Below are positions 1-13,556 of a stretch of DNA of 64,000 nt, in pieces. Origin of the DNA: Podospora anserina. Its lineage: Eukaryota. The stretch lies in the NCBI GenBank assembly GCA_017654855.1, contig CM030337.1:1488001-1552000 (forward strand), in the 5' to 3' direction. The notes beneath the pieces were generated by a model. That model was not told the origin of the DNA. It was given only the letters and a program-made list of their open reading frames with translations, and did no database searches. A program made the position numbers and the translations under genes. How positions within the stretch are numbered: position 1 is the first letter of the stretch; each line of letters starts with the position of its first letter.

Positions 1-1106
1 TAAATTGCCCCCCTGAATGGGGGACTTTCAAGTAGACTTGGATAATACGGGGGGGTGTTGTACTGGATCAACTCTGGGGTAGTGGTCGTTCTGACGAAGA
101 ATCCAAGAAGGCGACGAAGTGGCAGGTAGGCACCTTGAATATGTAGACAGCAAACTAGGACGGACCTCTTAACAATTTCTGAGACAAATGACACGAAGGG
201 GGACCAGCTTGCTCCGACGTAATGAGACAAGGATGACGAGAGTCGGAGACGATAAGATAGGTGGGATGAGAAGTTCCCAATGTTTGGAAATCAGGCAAGC
301 AGCCGGAGGAATGCAGCGGGCTCTTTTGGGAAAGACGGGGAGCACTTACACCACGCCCACGAGGACATGCATGTAGGGGAACGGTGGGCTCCCCATGTGT
401 GAGCACTCACACCGCAGAGAGCCGGAGAAGGTCTCCCCCAGTCCACCCAGTCATCAGACAACACAAGTCCGTATCTCTCTGTTAGGGAATAGGAAATGGT
501 CGGGAATGGTTCCGTTGAAGGTCCCGGACAACGGGGCGGGCGTATCCATTGGCTGCCAACGGCTGCCCACAGACCGGGGGAAACCAGGGAGGTCCCAAGG
601 ACGGAACCATGAAGCAACGGCAGCGCCGGCATCCCCAACGTCGGTCAAAGGTGGGGGTTGGGATCTCGCCTTCGTCCAAACTCGCTATCCAATGAAGCCT
701 GCACGAGATGCAACCTGTACAGCATCCTGTTGACGAACAGGGTCCTTGTCCCCAGGCTCAACAGTCCAATTCCTAGCGGTTCAGCTGCACATGCCAAGTT
801 AGACGGACTAGGGGACTGGGGGGACTGTGCTGATCCGAGCATCGGGTCCCACCGGTGTTTGAGTGGAAAGTTGGCCATCAAATGGTCATGTAAGTCGCCC
901 TGTTCCAATCAAACGTCGTCAATTCGTGGCCTGTATGTACACGGATATGCAAGATGATCAGGTGACGCAGCCATGGGTGTCCTGACCGCACGCCCTGCCT
1001 GCAGCCGCTGGTTCCCGAGAGATAGTAATACCTGTCATGATAAGAGCTTGTCCAGTCGAAGACAGAGATAAACGGGTGGCATACTCAGCAGCAAGCACGA
1101 ACAGCT

Positions 1107-1137
<31 letters not shown>
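1107..1137. repeat. (TTG)~10 microsatellite
   Basis: Direct reading of the ttgttg... run. Confidence 0.95.
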
Positions 1138-1485
1138 CACATCGCATGGTTGCATGCCCGGAGCACCAATGTTCTGTACCCCCCGTTGCCGAATCTACAG
1201 GAAAATAGTTCTTCTGATTATTATTTTGGTAGAAACCCCCCACCCTAGCCCCCCCAAAGCAATTGCTCTGCGATTAAGTAAGACTACCAGTGTTGTGTAT
1301 GCAAGGTGCTGAAAAAGGAAGCAAGCGGCTCTCTGCCCGGCTTTATAAGTCGCCGGTCCAAACAAAGCAGAGAGCGGATATCTTAGGCATAAAAAGCGGA
1401 AACCAATCGGACGGCCAACGTCTCGAAAAACTGCACTTTTCTTTTGCTGTGTTTTGCTGTGTAATCCGAATTCCGATCCCGTCCA

Positions 1486-2427
<942 letters not shown>

Positions 2428-3172
2428 GGTAGGCGGTATAGATGAAGTGGGTGAGGTTAGGAGCGCGTCACGGGTGGTAGACAGAGGGTTTGGGCGCAAG
2501 TTATATTGGAAGGAATTAAGGTTCCCCAACAAGTCCACGATAAGGGTCAACACAGCTGCAATTTAAAGTGGGTGCCCTGAACCCTTCTGCTTTATTGCCC
2601 GGGTAATCGCCGGGCCCCGGCCCAGCAGCCTGGCACGAGGGGCAAATCGCGGGGACCTCTGGCAGCCGCCAGAACCCTTCAAAGAACACCCTTGCCACCC
2701 GAAGGGTGCACCCGCCACTTACACCCAAAGAGGAAGATAAACACAAGCTTTGCATCGAATGTCATTGTGCCCATCATGTGAGTTGAGGGCGGTGAAATGT
2801 TTTTAATGAAAATCGTCACCAAACCTAAAAAAATCGTCTTGGTTTTTGGTGGAAGTAAACATTGTGTACGTAACCATTAGGTACTAACCGGCATGGCCCG
2901 GCGGTTGATGCCCCTTTTTACCCCTATTCTCCAACTTCACCCGAGCCCCAAATTTGGGCATATATCTACTTATGCTTGCCTCACATCCCTTTGTAAATAT
3001 ACGCTGAAACAAGCGTTATGTGTATTTTTTCCCAAACCATCGCAATAGTCAACCCATTCATAGTTGTTTCATAGCCTATTCATTCTGCCATTCTTGTGAT
3101 GTCGTCATATGTTTCATCAACCCGATTTTCTCCTCTTCTCTTCTTCCAAATCTTTTTCTTGGATTTCTATCA

Positions 3173-5760
3173 TCAGCCGGCGTTGTTTCTGTTCTCAGCC
3201 TCTTTGGCTGCCTGATCCCAATCAGATGCCCAGATAAACGCATATTCAACCAACGACACGCTAAACAGGAATATTAGCAATCGCATCATCAAATCTGGTT
3301 CAAGGAGTACTCACAGGCCTAGGCCAATCGTGACGCCGATCCAGAGGCCAGTCAACTTCCAGTCCAGGCCAAAGCCCAAGCCAAAGGATATGGGCAGCGC
3401 CACGACATAATAACAGACCAAGTTGGCGTATCCTCCGAATTCTTGCTTGCCAATACCACGCAGCAGCCCATGAGAGACAGCAGCCATGCCATCGAAGACC
3501 TGCATCAGCGCACAAACAGGAAGGACCTTCGCAACCAAGTTGATGACATCCTCATCGTCAGTAAAAAGCCGCGGGATTTGATACCGAAACACCGTCAGCA
3601 TCGTCAGGTTAAACACCCCCACGAGAAAGCCTCCAAATACAGTCACCTTGGCCGAAGTCTTCGCAGCGTCCACCAACTTAGCCCCCACCAAATTCGCAAC
3701 CCTCGTCGAGCCCGCAATCGACAACGGAAACGGAATCTGAAAAGTTGTCGAAGTAATAGTAACCAACACACTCTGCGCCGCCAGCGTCGTCACCCCAATC
3801 CTCCCACACAACAGCGTCAAAATCTCAAAAGCGAACCACTCCGCCACAACCATAATCATCCCCGGCAACGCCAACCTAATCATCGGTCCCCAATTCCTCA
3901 AGGCCCCCTTCTTAAACCCTCCCCACGCCTCCTTCCCCTCCACCTTCCACACATATAGCCCCAACAACAACGGCAACAAATTCTGCGTAATAGCCACCGC
4001 CATCGGAGCGCCCTTAAACCCCCAACCCAGCTTCCACACAAACAAAAAGTTCAACAGAACATTCACCGGCGCCGCCACAAGCAGCACATACGTAGTAGCA
4101 TGAAACAGTCCCTGGGCCAAGACAAACCGTTTCCCTGCTTCAAATATAGCATACGCCGGCGCACCCAACACAATCGTCCTGAGATAAATCCCCGCAAACG
4201 CCGCGCTCGCCTCTTCAATTCCCAGTTTGATCAATATCTCCTCCGACTTCCACCACACCCCCATCACCGGCACGAGCACCAACATCAAAAAGTACACCAT
4301 CCTCTGCATCTGCAGCCCCACTAGGGTCTTGTGCCCAGATCCAAACGCCTGCGCACAGAGGGTATCCAGACTCGTGGCCAGACCCTGGATAGGAGCGTAG
4401 CAGGTGATGTTTGCTGTCATGGTAGCCAATGTCACTGCTCCTAACTCGACAGTTCCTAGTCTTGCAACAGCAAAGATGGACGTTACTGTCAAGGAGTACT
4501 GCAGCAAAAAGGTGACAATCAGTGATTTGGAATAACCAGCAATAGTTTTCGCCTCCCGCTGCCAGGTGGTGCGGATTTGTCCTGCCGCCACGGCAGCTTC
4601 CCATTGCTCGTTGAGATTTTCCGGGGCATCTGATGGATGACGAGAGGTGCTTCCCAGCAAGGGAGCCCGCTCATCCGGACCGATGATGATGCGAGGTGCT
4701 TCCTCATCACTGGACGGAAGAGGGACCTTGGTGCTGAAGAGTCGTTTGTACAACCGGGAGAACTGGCCGGCGATGCCTTTTGGTGGTGGCTCATGGTGGT
4801 GTTTAGGCGGAAGAATATGATTGTCCCTCAGCAAAGACCGTTCAGCATCACGGCTGCGGGCTCGCTCAGTGCGGGTGAGTAAGGCGGGATCATCATGTCC
4901 CAAGGGAAGAGCAAGAGCTGGGCGGGTAGTCCCAAAGGCTATCCCGCTTGGCCGGCGGTACAGAGTTGGTCCTTGGGTGGCATCGTCTTCTCCATGGTCA
5001 GATCCGTCAACTGCTTCTGTGTCGACGGGTATGTCTTCGTCATCGGAGAAAGCTGCAAGGTCTCGTGCCAGGACTTCTTGGGCAAGAGGCGAAGTGGAGA
5101 GGAAGGAGTTTGCTAAGGATGCGTGGCGGTCATGGTGGCTGCTGGGGATGGAAGATTCTTTTCTTGCTGGAATTGGCTGACTTCTTGGACTTGAGGGCAT
5201 TTTGATGACCTTTTTTACAGAAGTATTTTGTGTGTGTTGAAAGTGTTCAAGGTAAGTCCGCCACCGGAGAGAGCTTGACGGCTCGGCCTGTTCGGATGAG
5301 GCAAGCCGGACCGGACCCTGTGTTGGTAAAAGACGGGACGATGAACCGAATGCGACGCAGAACCCAGAGAGTATTTTTGACGTTGCAGGTTGAGCTGCAA
5401 TGCAATGCACGACGTTCGGTTTATCGAAGAGGTTTTCAGGGCAAGTGCATGAGAGTGAAGGTGAGAAGTCATGAGTCAACTCGAGGAGGGAGGTCCCCCT
5501 CTCTTGTGTAGGAACTGGCTGGGCCCTTGGAGGGGTGTGACTGCACAGCACCCTGGCAAAGGTTAGGTAAAGATTGACCGTTGTTTCGGAACCCGTACAT
5601 AGAGAGGATTAGTGCATGCTGCCGATAACCGGCATTACTATGAAGCATCATCGTACCTCCCCCGCTTCGAGAGGTAGGTGAGAAAAGTGGTTGGTGGCTG
5701 GGCCATTGATTGTGGAGGACCGAAGGTGCGAGTCGTAGAAGATCTCACAGATGCGGTCAT
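3173..5760 (-). CDS. MATE family multidrug/toxin efflux transporter (ERC1-like); exons 5760-5657, 5552-3315, 3260-3173; internal ATG at 5200 is an alternative start
   Basis: Motifs GLATSLDTLCAQAFG, EWFAFEILTL and STRVANLVGA with multiple TM segments. Canonical introns. The 5' exon is less certain than the body. Confidence 0.88.
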
Positions 5761-6210
5761 CCAAGCTGTCGTGCGAGGCCCCTGCAGGTCGTTGAGCTGA
5801 TTGTTCAGAAACTTGGGTTCGTGCCAAGATACGGGTTAGGGTTGTGGAGCAGAGTCGTTCTGAATAGTTCGCTTAGTTCTGTCCGCGTATGAAGCCAAGT
5901 AGAAAACCAAGATATCGAGTGAGAAACATATTAGATTAGGTATCTTTGAGCTTCATCGAGTAATTTAATTGTGTGAACTTTTAAGTTAGTTGGGTAGTTG
6001 GCTTCCTATCAATAGAATGGGGAACAGAAAGCTTGGTCTTATCTGACTGAAGCTAGTGATCTTATCGCCCGGCTAGTTCACGATTGGAAAGCGGTGACTT
6101 GGTGCAGAATAGTGAATTTCCCAGAAAGTTACCCAAGCAACGCTGTTTTGCGACAGCAAACCCGAATTCTTGTCGCATAGTTCATTCGACATTGGATTCG
6201 TTTGCGCAGA

Positions 6211-9200
6211 ATGGGGAAACGGTTCTCTTATGGCGGCGATGCTGCCGGTGGTCCGAGAAAAAGAGCCAAGGTGGTTCATGAAGCACCGACGTCCGAGGAA
6301 GTCCACGCCAGCAGACAGTTGAGGCAACTCCTGGTATTCGACCAGGACCCAGCGCGGTCAAGACATGGTTTGTACCTTCCGTTTTCAGTGTTGGCAGGTC
6401 AATTGTGCGGCTAACTTGAAATTCCAGGTCTTCAATCGCTCAAACTCTACCTTGACGAACTCCTCAGCACAGATGGCGGCATAAAGAGCGAACGCGCCAA
6501 AATTCTCCGAAATTATTTGGATTCAGAGAAACCCGCCGAAGATGGGGAGAACCCGGTCTACCTGCCAGATATTATGCACACATGGAGTCATGCCGGTCAA
6601 ACCAACAACGACAATCTCATGTCCGCTGTTCCCGTGGTGCTCGTCCTGCTCCTGAGGCTGCTCTCCCAGTCGCTTGAGACCGTCCCATACGGGCTTGGAA
6701 TTTGCAGAACACTGTTGATCAAAGAATTTCAACAGCTGATCAGTCGGAATTTAACCGCTGACAAGGGGAAATCCTTTGTCATCTCTCCCACACTTCGCTT
6801 GTTGAGGGAGGCGGTCAGCTTCGATGGAGGGACGATTGCGAGACCCCTTTTCAGGGCGAGGGCGACCATGTTGAAATCATTGGCCCGCAATATGGGTATC
6901 GTCCACATGGGAGAGGACAAGGAAGACACCAAGCGACCTTCGGCTCGCACCAATGCTATTCAATTCTTTCTCGCCGCAATCAAATACCTTCACCCAGAGG
7001 CGAAGAAGGAATTGCTCTCCCAAAGAGACATCGTCTCTGCGCTAACCAGGGACGTCAAGCAGGATCCTCCATATGTGCTCAAGGAGCTACTCGTTGGGCT
7101 GAAAAATCACATTATCATGGACGATAAGGTTCCCCGCGAGGCCAAGTCAAACCTGCTCAACACCTCGACCCTTGTTCGATTATCGGCGCTTTACCAGTAT
7201 CGCCTCGATTCCCCAGCCGAAGACGAGCCTTCGATAGCTGATATGGCCCACGAACTATTATTAGCTGTGTGCACAAACCCAGCCTGTGGCGTCTTGAGAC
7301 AGGACGCTGGATTCTACCCCCGGGAGATAGACCCAAACACGACAATACCAAGGGCGGAGCTCGACGACTTGGGCCTGGAAGCGGTTGCGTGGATGAACAA
7401 GTTCAAGACGGAAGTGCCTATTCGAAACTTCACGCTCTCGAACTTTCTACCAAATCTGCGCCCTTGGTCAAGCGTCAAACAAAGCGAACTCATCACCTCT
7501 ATCTTCAAGGTGGCACCGGAACTAGTGGCCAACTACTTCATCAACAACAAATCTTTCACCTTTGAACCGAAGCTTTCTGCCACATGGATTGGTTACGCGG
7601 CGTTTTTGTTCGATACCGTCATTCTCCCAATACCAGAGAATCTGTGCCGTGGTCCAAACGTCCCCGAGCTGCCCCCACCTACGTCAATTGTTCTTGACAA
7701 CGTCCTCCCGCTTCCTCTGAACCAAAAGGCCCTCGTCCGCTGCCTAGAACACAAATCAAATATGATCAAGTTCTTTGCCACGAGGATCCTGGTAGTGGCC
7801 ATAGAGAAGCTTGATGCTGTCATCACAATCTACCAGGACCCTTCTCACACCAATAAGTCGATATGGAACGAAGCCGCTCGAAGGCTGGTGGACGAGTTTT
7901 GCCAGCGCGCCCCTGGCATTCGCAATATGATTACTGCATGCCAAAAAATCCCCACAGAGGATCTACTCCACCGCGAAGCGGCAAGTCGGCTGCTACGTCT
8001 ATGCTATGAGGTGCTGCCTCAAGCTACGCTGAGTGCCAAATTGGATGTTTCCGCCCATCTAGACGCTGTTCTGGGCCGCATCTCCAACCAAGAACTGGAG
8101 GATCCGCGTGACTTTGCCCTCGGGCTGAAAGAACTTGAAAGTCTTCTGGCTATTGCTGGGTACTCTCCTGGCATGCGGTGGTTCGGGGCTTCGAAAGGAA
8201 CCACTTTGTCACCTTTCACTCAGCTGCTGAAGATCTGCGTCGAGGCCCCAAAGGGTGTTTCGCTGGAGGCGATGAAGCAGGTTTTGAACTTTGTGGCCGT
8301 CGAACAACAGCTCGTTCCAGGTCATGCCGGACACCCTGGCTTGCTTCCGTTGATTGAAGCTCTTCAGTCCTCTTCCAAGTACGCCTCTCAGGCATGGCCG
8401 TTCTTGGATAACTGCTTAACGCAATGCGCCAGCAAATCGGTGAAGTATGTCGAAATGCTGCAAGATATTGCACAAGAGATTGCCGAGTCCACTAGTCAAA
8501 ACATCGATGGGCCACTCGTGAGCCCCATCATTCTTGCTATCCGGGACCAACTTCCCCACGCATCTAAGAATGGAGGGGAAGAGGTGCTCAAGGCTCTTGG
8601 CCGAATTTTGCCTAGCTATCTGGGGCTGTCAGTCACTGTTGGTGAGAGCAGGCCGATACTCAGCTTGATCTTTTCCAAGATGGTGAGTGACCTCCCAGAT
8701 CCCAAGGGCAAGCTTGCCAAGGCAGGCGTTCCTGAGAGGCTTGAATTTCAGCACAATTCTTGGTCATCTTCGAAACCAAAATCCGAGAAGAAGGCAGTGG
8801 ATACACAGGATGCGGCCACACTCGCAACGAACATCGATCAAGAAACCTTGGAGGGCATGCTGCATGTCCCAGATAGTTTGGAAGCAGAAAACTCAGCTTT
8901 GATGAAGTGGGCAAACAAGACAGCAGATGAACTTGTCGACGAAGGTTATGCGACCTCCTTGATTGCATTGCTGGCATCTGAACATGCCAGTATCCGTAAA
9001 GAGGCGCTTGTTAGTATTCTCAAGGTGGCAGACAAGATCAAACAATCACAGTATGAAGAGAACGAGCAAGTTTGGCTGCTTTTGTCTGAACTCGCGGAAA
9101 CGGCCAAAGACAATATCAACAACGGACCTCTGCCCAGCACAATAGTCGCGTTTGCCAGCCACGCCTTGCATATCGTACGCGACCCGCTCCATGGCCTTTA

Positions 9201-9675
9201 CCCCAAGGTCAACATTTTTTTGACTCGAGGACCATACTGGAGTCTGGACAAGCTGCCTCTGGTGGATGAGATCCTGACCGAGGAGCCCAATGTCGGCGAT
9301 GCCTTTTATACCCAGATAAGTTGGCTGTTGACGTACCTCATCGACGGGTTACGTTCAGCTTCTGACCTGGAGCTTTACCACAAAAAGCGTAGCCGGGGAC
9401 CAATCTTGGAGAGAATCCTTGCTCTGGCGGTCAACCCATACATGAGGCTACCACTACGCACCCAGGTGTTGAGATTACTCTACCGGGCTAGTAGTATCGA
9501 GGGTGGCAGTACTACGCTCACGACGAGATTCAGCGTGATGAACTGGTTGGAGGAACGACGGTCCGCGTGCGCTGATTCCAGTGAAGCTGCAGTCTATGAT
9601 GGCCTGCGCAGGAGGATATGGGAGACGTGTGACCAGCAAAGGGTTACAGAATGGAGTAAGAACGGGCTGCCTTGA
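6211..9675 (+). CDS. URB1: Nucleolar pre-ribosome-associated protein Urb1/Npa1 (60S biogenesis); exons 6211-6367, 6428-9675
   Basis: Large helical ~1130 aa protein with MGKR...RKRAK N-terminus, FTFEPKLSATWIGY, DPLHGLYPKVNIFL and GGSTTLTTRF. Intron GTTTGT..GCTAAC..CAG. Confidence 0.8.
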
Positions 9676-10812
9676 GCATTTAAATGTATAATTGTAGAGC
9701 ATGTACGAGACAATACCAAGATACCAAAGTCGTTTTGAAGATTACCAGCGGAAGCTCGAGTACTGTTCTCAAAGGAAGTTGGGGGCCTGTGATTTGTTGA
9801 ATGAAAGGGTTGTGGCTGCCTTGACAGCTGCAGCAAGGAGTTCCCGTCTTGGGGACACAAGGACTCCCCCACATTTGCATCATGGTCCCTTTGATGCCTT
9901 GCGCGGGAGCTGAAATTGTTGGGCTAGGAATTGATATGACCAAGTGAATGGTCTTGTGAAAGACATGATTGGTGAGGCAAGTCTACTGCAAGAGAAAGCG
10001 AAAGGCAGCTCTTATCGATAAGGATATCTCGCCAGTGAGGTGTTTGATTCAGGCTTCGAAACAAGAGACAACGACCCCGCCACCTGCTCCCCAGCAACTA
10101 CTTCCATCTCTGCCATTGCATTGCACCGAAAAATCTAACCCTGCGGACAACGGCGGAGTGTGAGTTGAATATCCACATCCACACGTAGTCGGTAGCACTG
10201 TCCACCGGGCCACTGCTTGTCGCACCGCCACTGCCCGTTCTACCGTACCTAGTGCCCAAAAGCCAGTCGCCTGAGACCCTCTCTCCTTCCAGAACGAACT
10301 CCGTTTATCATTGATTTGCTCGACCGCACACCCACACCCACACCTCACCCACACCACACCGCAGCACACACCCGCAAACAAGAATCTAAGAGCCCAAAAT
10401 CACCGCGCTTCCACCGACCGTCCTACCTCGACATCACATCCAATTCCCCATCCGCCGAACCTCGAGCAACAAGTTCCCTTCCCATCGTCCCGTAGACCTG
10501 CCTTTTCTGCACCGCTCCACACCTTGTCACCTCGCCCGCAATTCACCTGCCAACACAGCCGACTCCTGATCAATCTCGGGTGCTGGGATAACCTCCTCCG
10601 GTGAGGACCGCCATCAATCACTGCGCTGCCATCAATCGAGCGCTTGGTTTCACATTCGATAACTCTCGAGCCTCTATATTCTAACCAAACAAGCGTCAGC
10701 CAAATACTCCTCTGCGGACGTCTGGTCGACATCATTCGGCCACGCCTGCCACAATCTCCATAGACAGGAGCGCCCAACGACCCTTTCATGGTTGCTGCTT
10801 AATTTAACCACG

Positions 10813-13556
10813 ATGGCTCAAAGATACTCTTACACCGAGGAGCACCTCCTCTTCTTGCGCCAATCTCCGCTATGTGTCAAGCCACCGGGCCTTCCACCCG
10901 CTGAAGAGTGGATGGGGTATGCGACGAAGGCCCAATTTCAGATCATACGTACAGGTTTGGCTAACCCCTCTATTTTCTCCAGGCCACCTCCCGAAACATT
11001 CCGCAATCAGCCCGGAAAGGTCAACGATGCTCGCAAAGGCGGCGACAGTCTGTTGCTGGGCCAGGAAAACCGGCGTCCGACATTGGATCGCAATGCTAGC
11101 CGAACTTCAGGATGTATGGATTACCCCTTTCCCCCCCCACCCAAACTGCGTTGGAGAGAGTGCATGGCGCCCAACATCAGCCCAACAATTCATCACCAAT
11201 CTTTGCTAATTCGACAAAAATAGTTGCTGATGACTTGATTCTCGGCCCCCCGCGCAATGCCTTCGCATCTGCAACCGCAATCCGCGGCGCCCGGAGCGGC
11301 GATGCGGATAAAGGATCGAAGGATCTCGACAGACCGGACCGAACCGATCGCTTCAACTTCCGTAATCGTACCAACGACGCGGACTCAACCGGTGACCGAC
11401 TCGGTCGGGATAATCATAATCGAGACGGCAAAGATGGCCGGAACAACAATGGTTTCCGGCGACGTGGAGACCAGGACCAGGATACCGAGGGCTGGAGTAC
11501 CGTGAAGCCTCGCAAGAGCTTCGGCGCCGAAGGAGCCGAACGCTTTCAGGGACGTATGGGTGGCGCTGGTACCGACCGCTTCCCAGCTCGCGACGACCGC
11601 CGGACTAGGGACCGTGAAGACCAGGATGGTGGAAACCGCCGTACCTTCCGCCCACGTGATCAAGAAGACGAGGACCCCGAAACACCACGGAGGAATGGAC
11701 TCACCAGAGGCAAGACCGACCCATGGTTCAGCAAGGACAGCGGGACCGCCACTGCCACCGAGGCCTCGACAGGACAGAAGCATATCGAAAGAAAGAGCTG
11801 GAGAGACCGTGCCCCTCCAGAGGAAAGGCCTGCGGAAAGACACAATGACCGCCAGGACAGAAACTTTGAAAGGCGCTGGGATCGCCAACAGAAGGTTGAG
11901 AACGACCCGGAGTGGATGGCCGAGCCTGCGGAAGAACCTTCTCAGGGCCGCACCGCGGACGATTTCCGCAAGTTCATGGAAGCTATGAAGAGCGGACCCA
12001 AGTCGGATGAGAAGCCCGCTTCGATAGCTCTTGACAAGCCTTCAACTGACTCCTTTTTCGAACTGGAGCCCAAGGTGCTCTCAGCACCCGCCGTCGAGAA
12101 TAGACCCGATAAGTTTTTTGAGGCTTTTGGAGGTACAGGCCTTGATGCAGGCACGCCCGCTGCCGAAGCCAAGGACGCGGCCAGGCCCAAGGGAGCGAAG
12201 CCATCACGGTTCTTGTCATTCCTGGCGCAGCAGGAGAATGGCCAGCCCAAAGCTGAACCACCCACCCCGGCACCAGCCGCATCTGTTGGCGATGGGAAAC
12301 CGCCATCGGGCGAGGCCGACAAGCTTGCTTTCCAGCAGCTTATAGAGAAGCTCCATAGCAGTCGTCTGGGAGGCTCAGGCAGCCCTACCCCAAATGGACC
12401 TCCACCCCCTGGCCCTCCCCGAGATGCCCCTGGAGGACTGTATAATTTGATGCCACAGAAGAGCAATGTGGCATCTCCAGAGCCATTTCAACAGTACGGA
12501 AATGACAGGCGTGATGATCCCCGCTTCCGTCCTCCACCACAGCCGTCTCCTTATGAGATGATGACATCTCGCATGGGTCTGCCGGGTCCATCTCATTCCC
12601 CGCCAGTCAGTCGGCCGGAGCATGCCTTACAGGAACTCCTTTCTCAGCGCCAGAGTCAGTCCAATCCTCGCGGGCCTCAAACACCTGGCGTGGTCAACGA
12701 AAATACGGAATTCTTGATGCACCTTATGCAGGGCCACCGGCGCGTTGAAACAATGAGGCCTGAGCAACGGCAGCCAGATCAGCATTTGCCCGAACAGCTC
12801 CTCGCCCGTATGCAACAACAGCAGCAATCCAGCAAGCAGGGGCCTCTTCCCGGAATGCCAGACCGTGAGCACCTTGAATACCAGCGTGAGAGAAGCGCGT
12901 CCCAGCGTCAGCAGCAACTTCGTGGACAGCCGGGACCACAAGGCTTCATGGATGAGAGTCAATTCCACCCCGGAGATATGAATGCCCGCCCTCCGCAACA
13001 GCCGACACAGATCCTGCAGCGGCCGATGCCTCCTCCTGGCTTGGATCACCAAATGCATCCTTTCCATATGGGTGGCCCCTCGGGCGGTGCGGGCCCGGCG
13101 CCTCAGATGCAGCCACAACGGCCAATGATCCCACCTCCCGGGCTGCTCAACAGCGGTCCTCGGAATGCCAATGTCGGGCCCATGCCCGGAATGCAGTTCC
13201 CACCAAACTTCCCGCCCCCACATGGCCCCCCAGGTCCCAGCAACTTCCCATCTGTACCGCTACCTCCACACATTGGCGGCCCCCCTCCTGGACCCCCTGA
13301 GGGCATGGCAGGACCTCCCAGGCAGATGCAACCGCCTCCGGGCTTCTTTGGCGGACCCCCGCCCCCGGGCTTCATGGGACCTCCCGGTATGGGATTCCCA
13401 GGCGGTCCCGGCGCGCCGGGCGGACCGGGCGGACCAGGGCCTGATGGTCTCGGGCCAAATGTAATGGGCTATGGCGGGCTTCCCAGTCCCTTTGATAGGA
13501 TGGAGCGGATGGACAGAAGGGGCATGATGCCTCCTCCGGGAAACTTCCGCGGCTAG
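10813..13556 (+). CDS. Putative eIF4E-binding / mRNA-decay scaffold (4E-T/Eap1-like), intrinsically disordered; exons 10813-10916, 10983-11113, 11224-13556
   Basis: N-terminal YTEEHLL fits the YxxxxLPhi eIF4E-binding consensus. Also PEWM and SRFLSF motifs and repeated PPPG[L/F]. Two GTATG..GCTAA..AG introns restore the frame. Confidence 0.7.
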
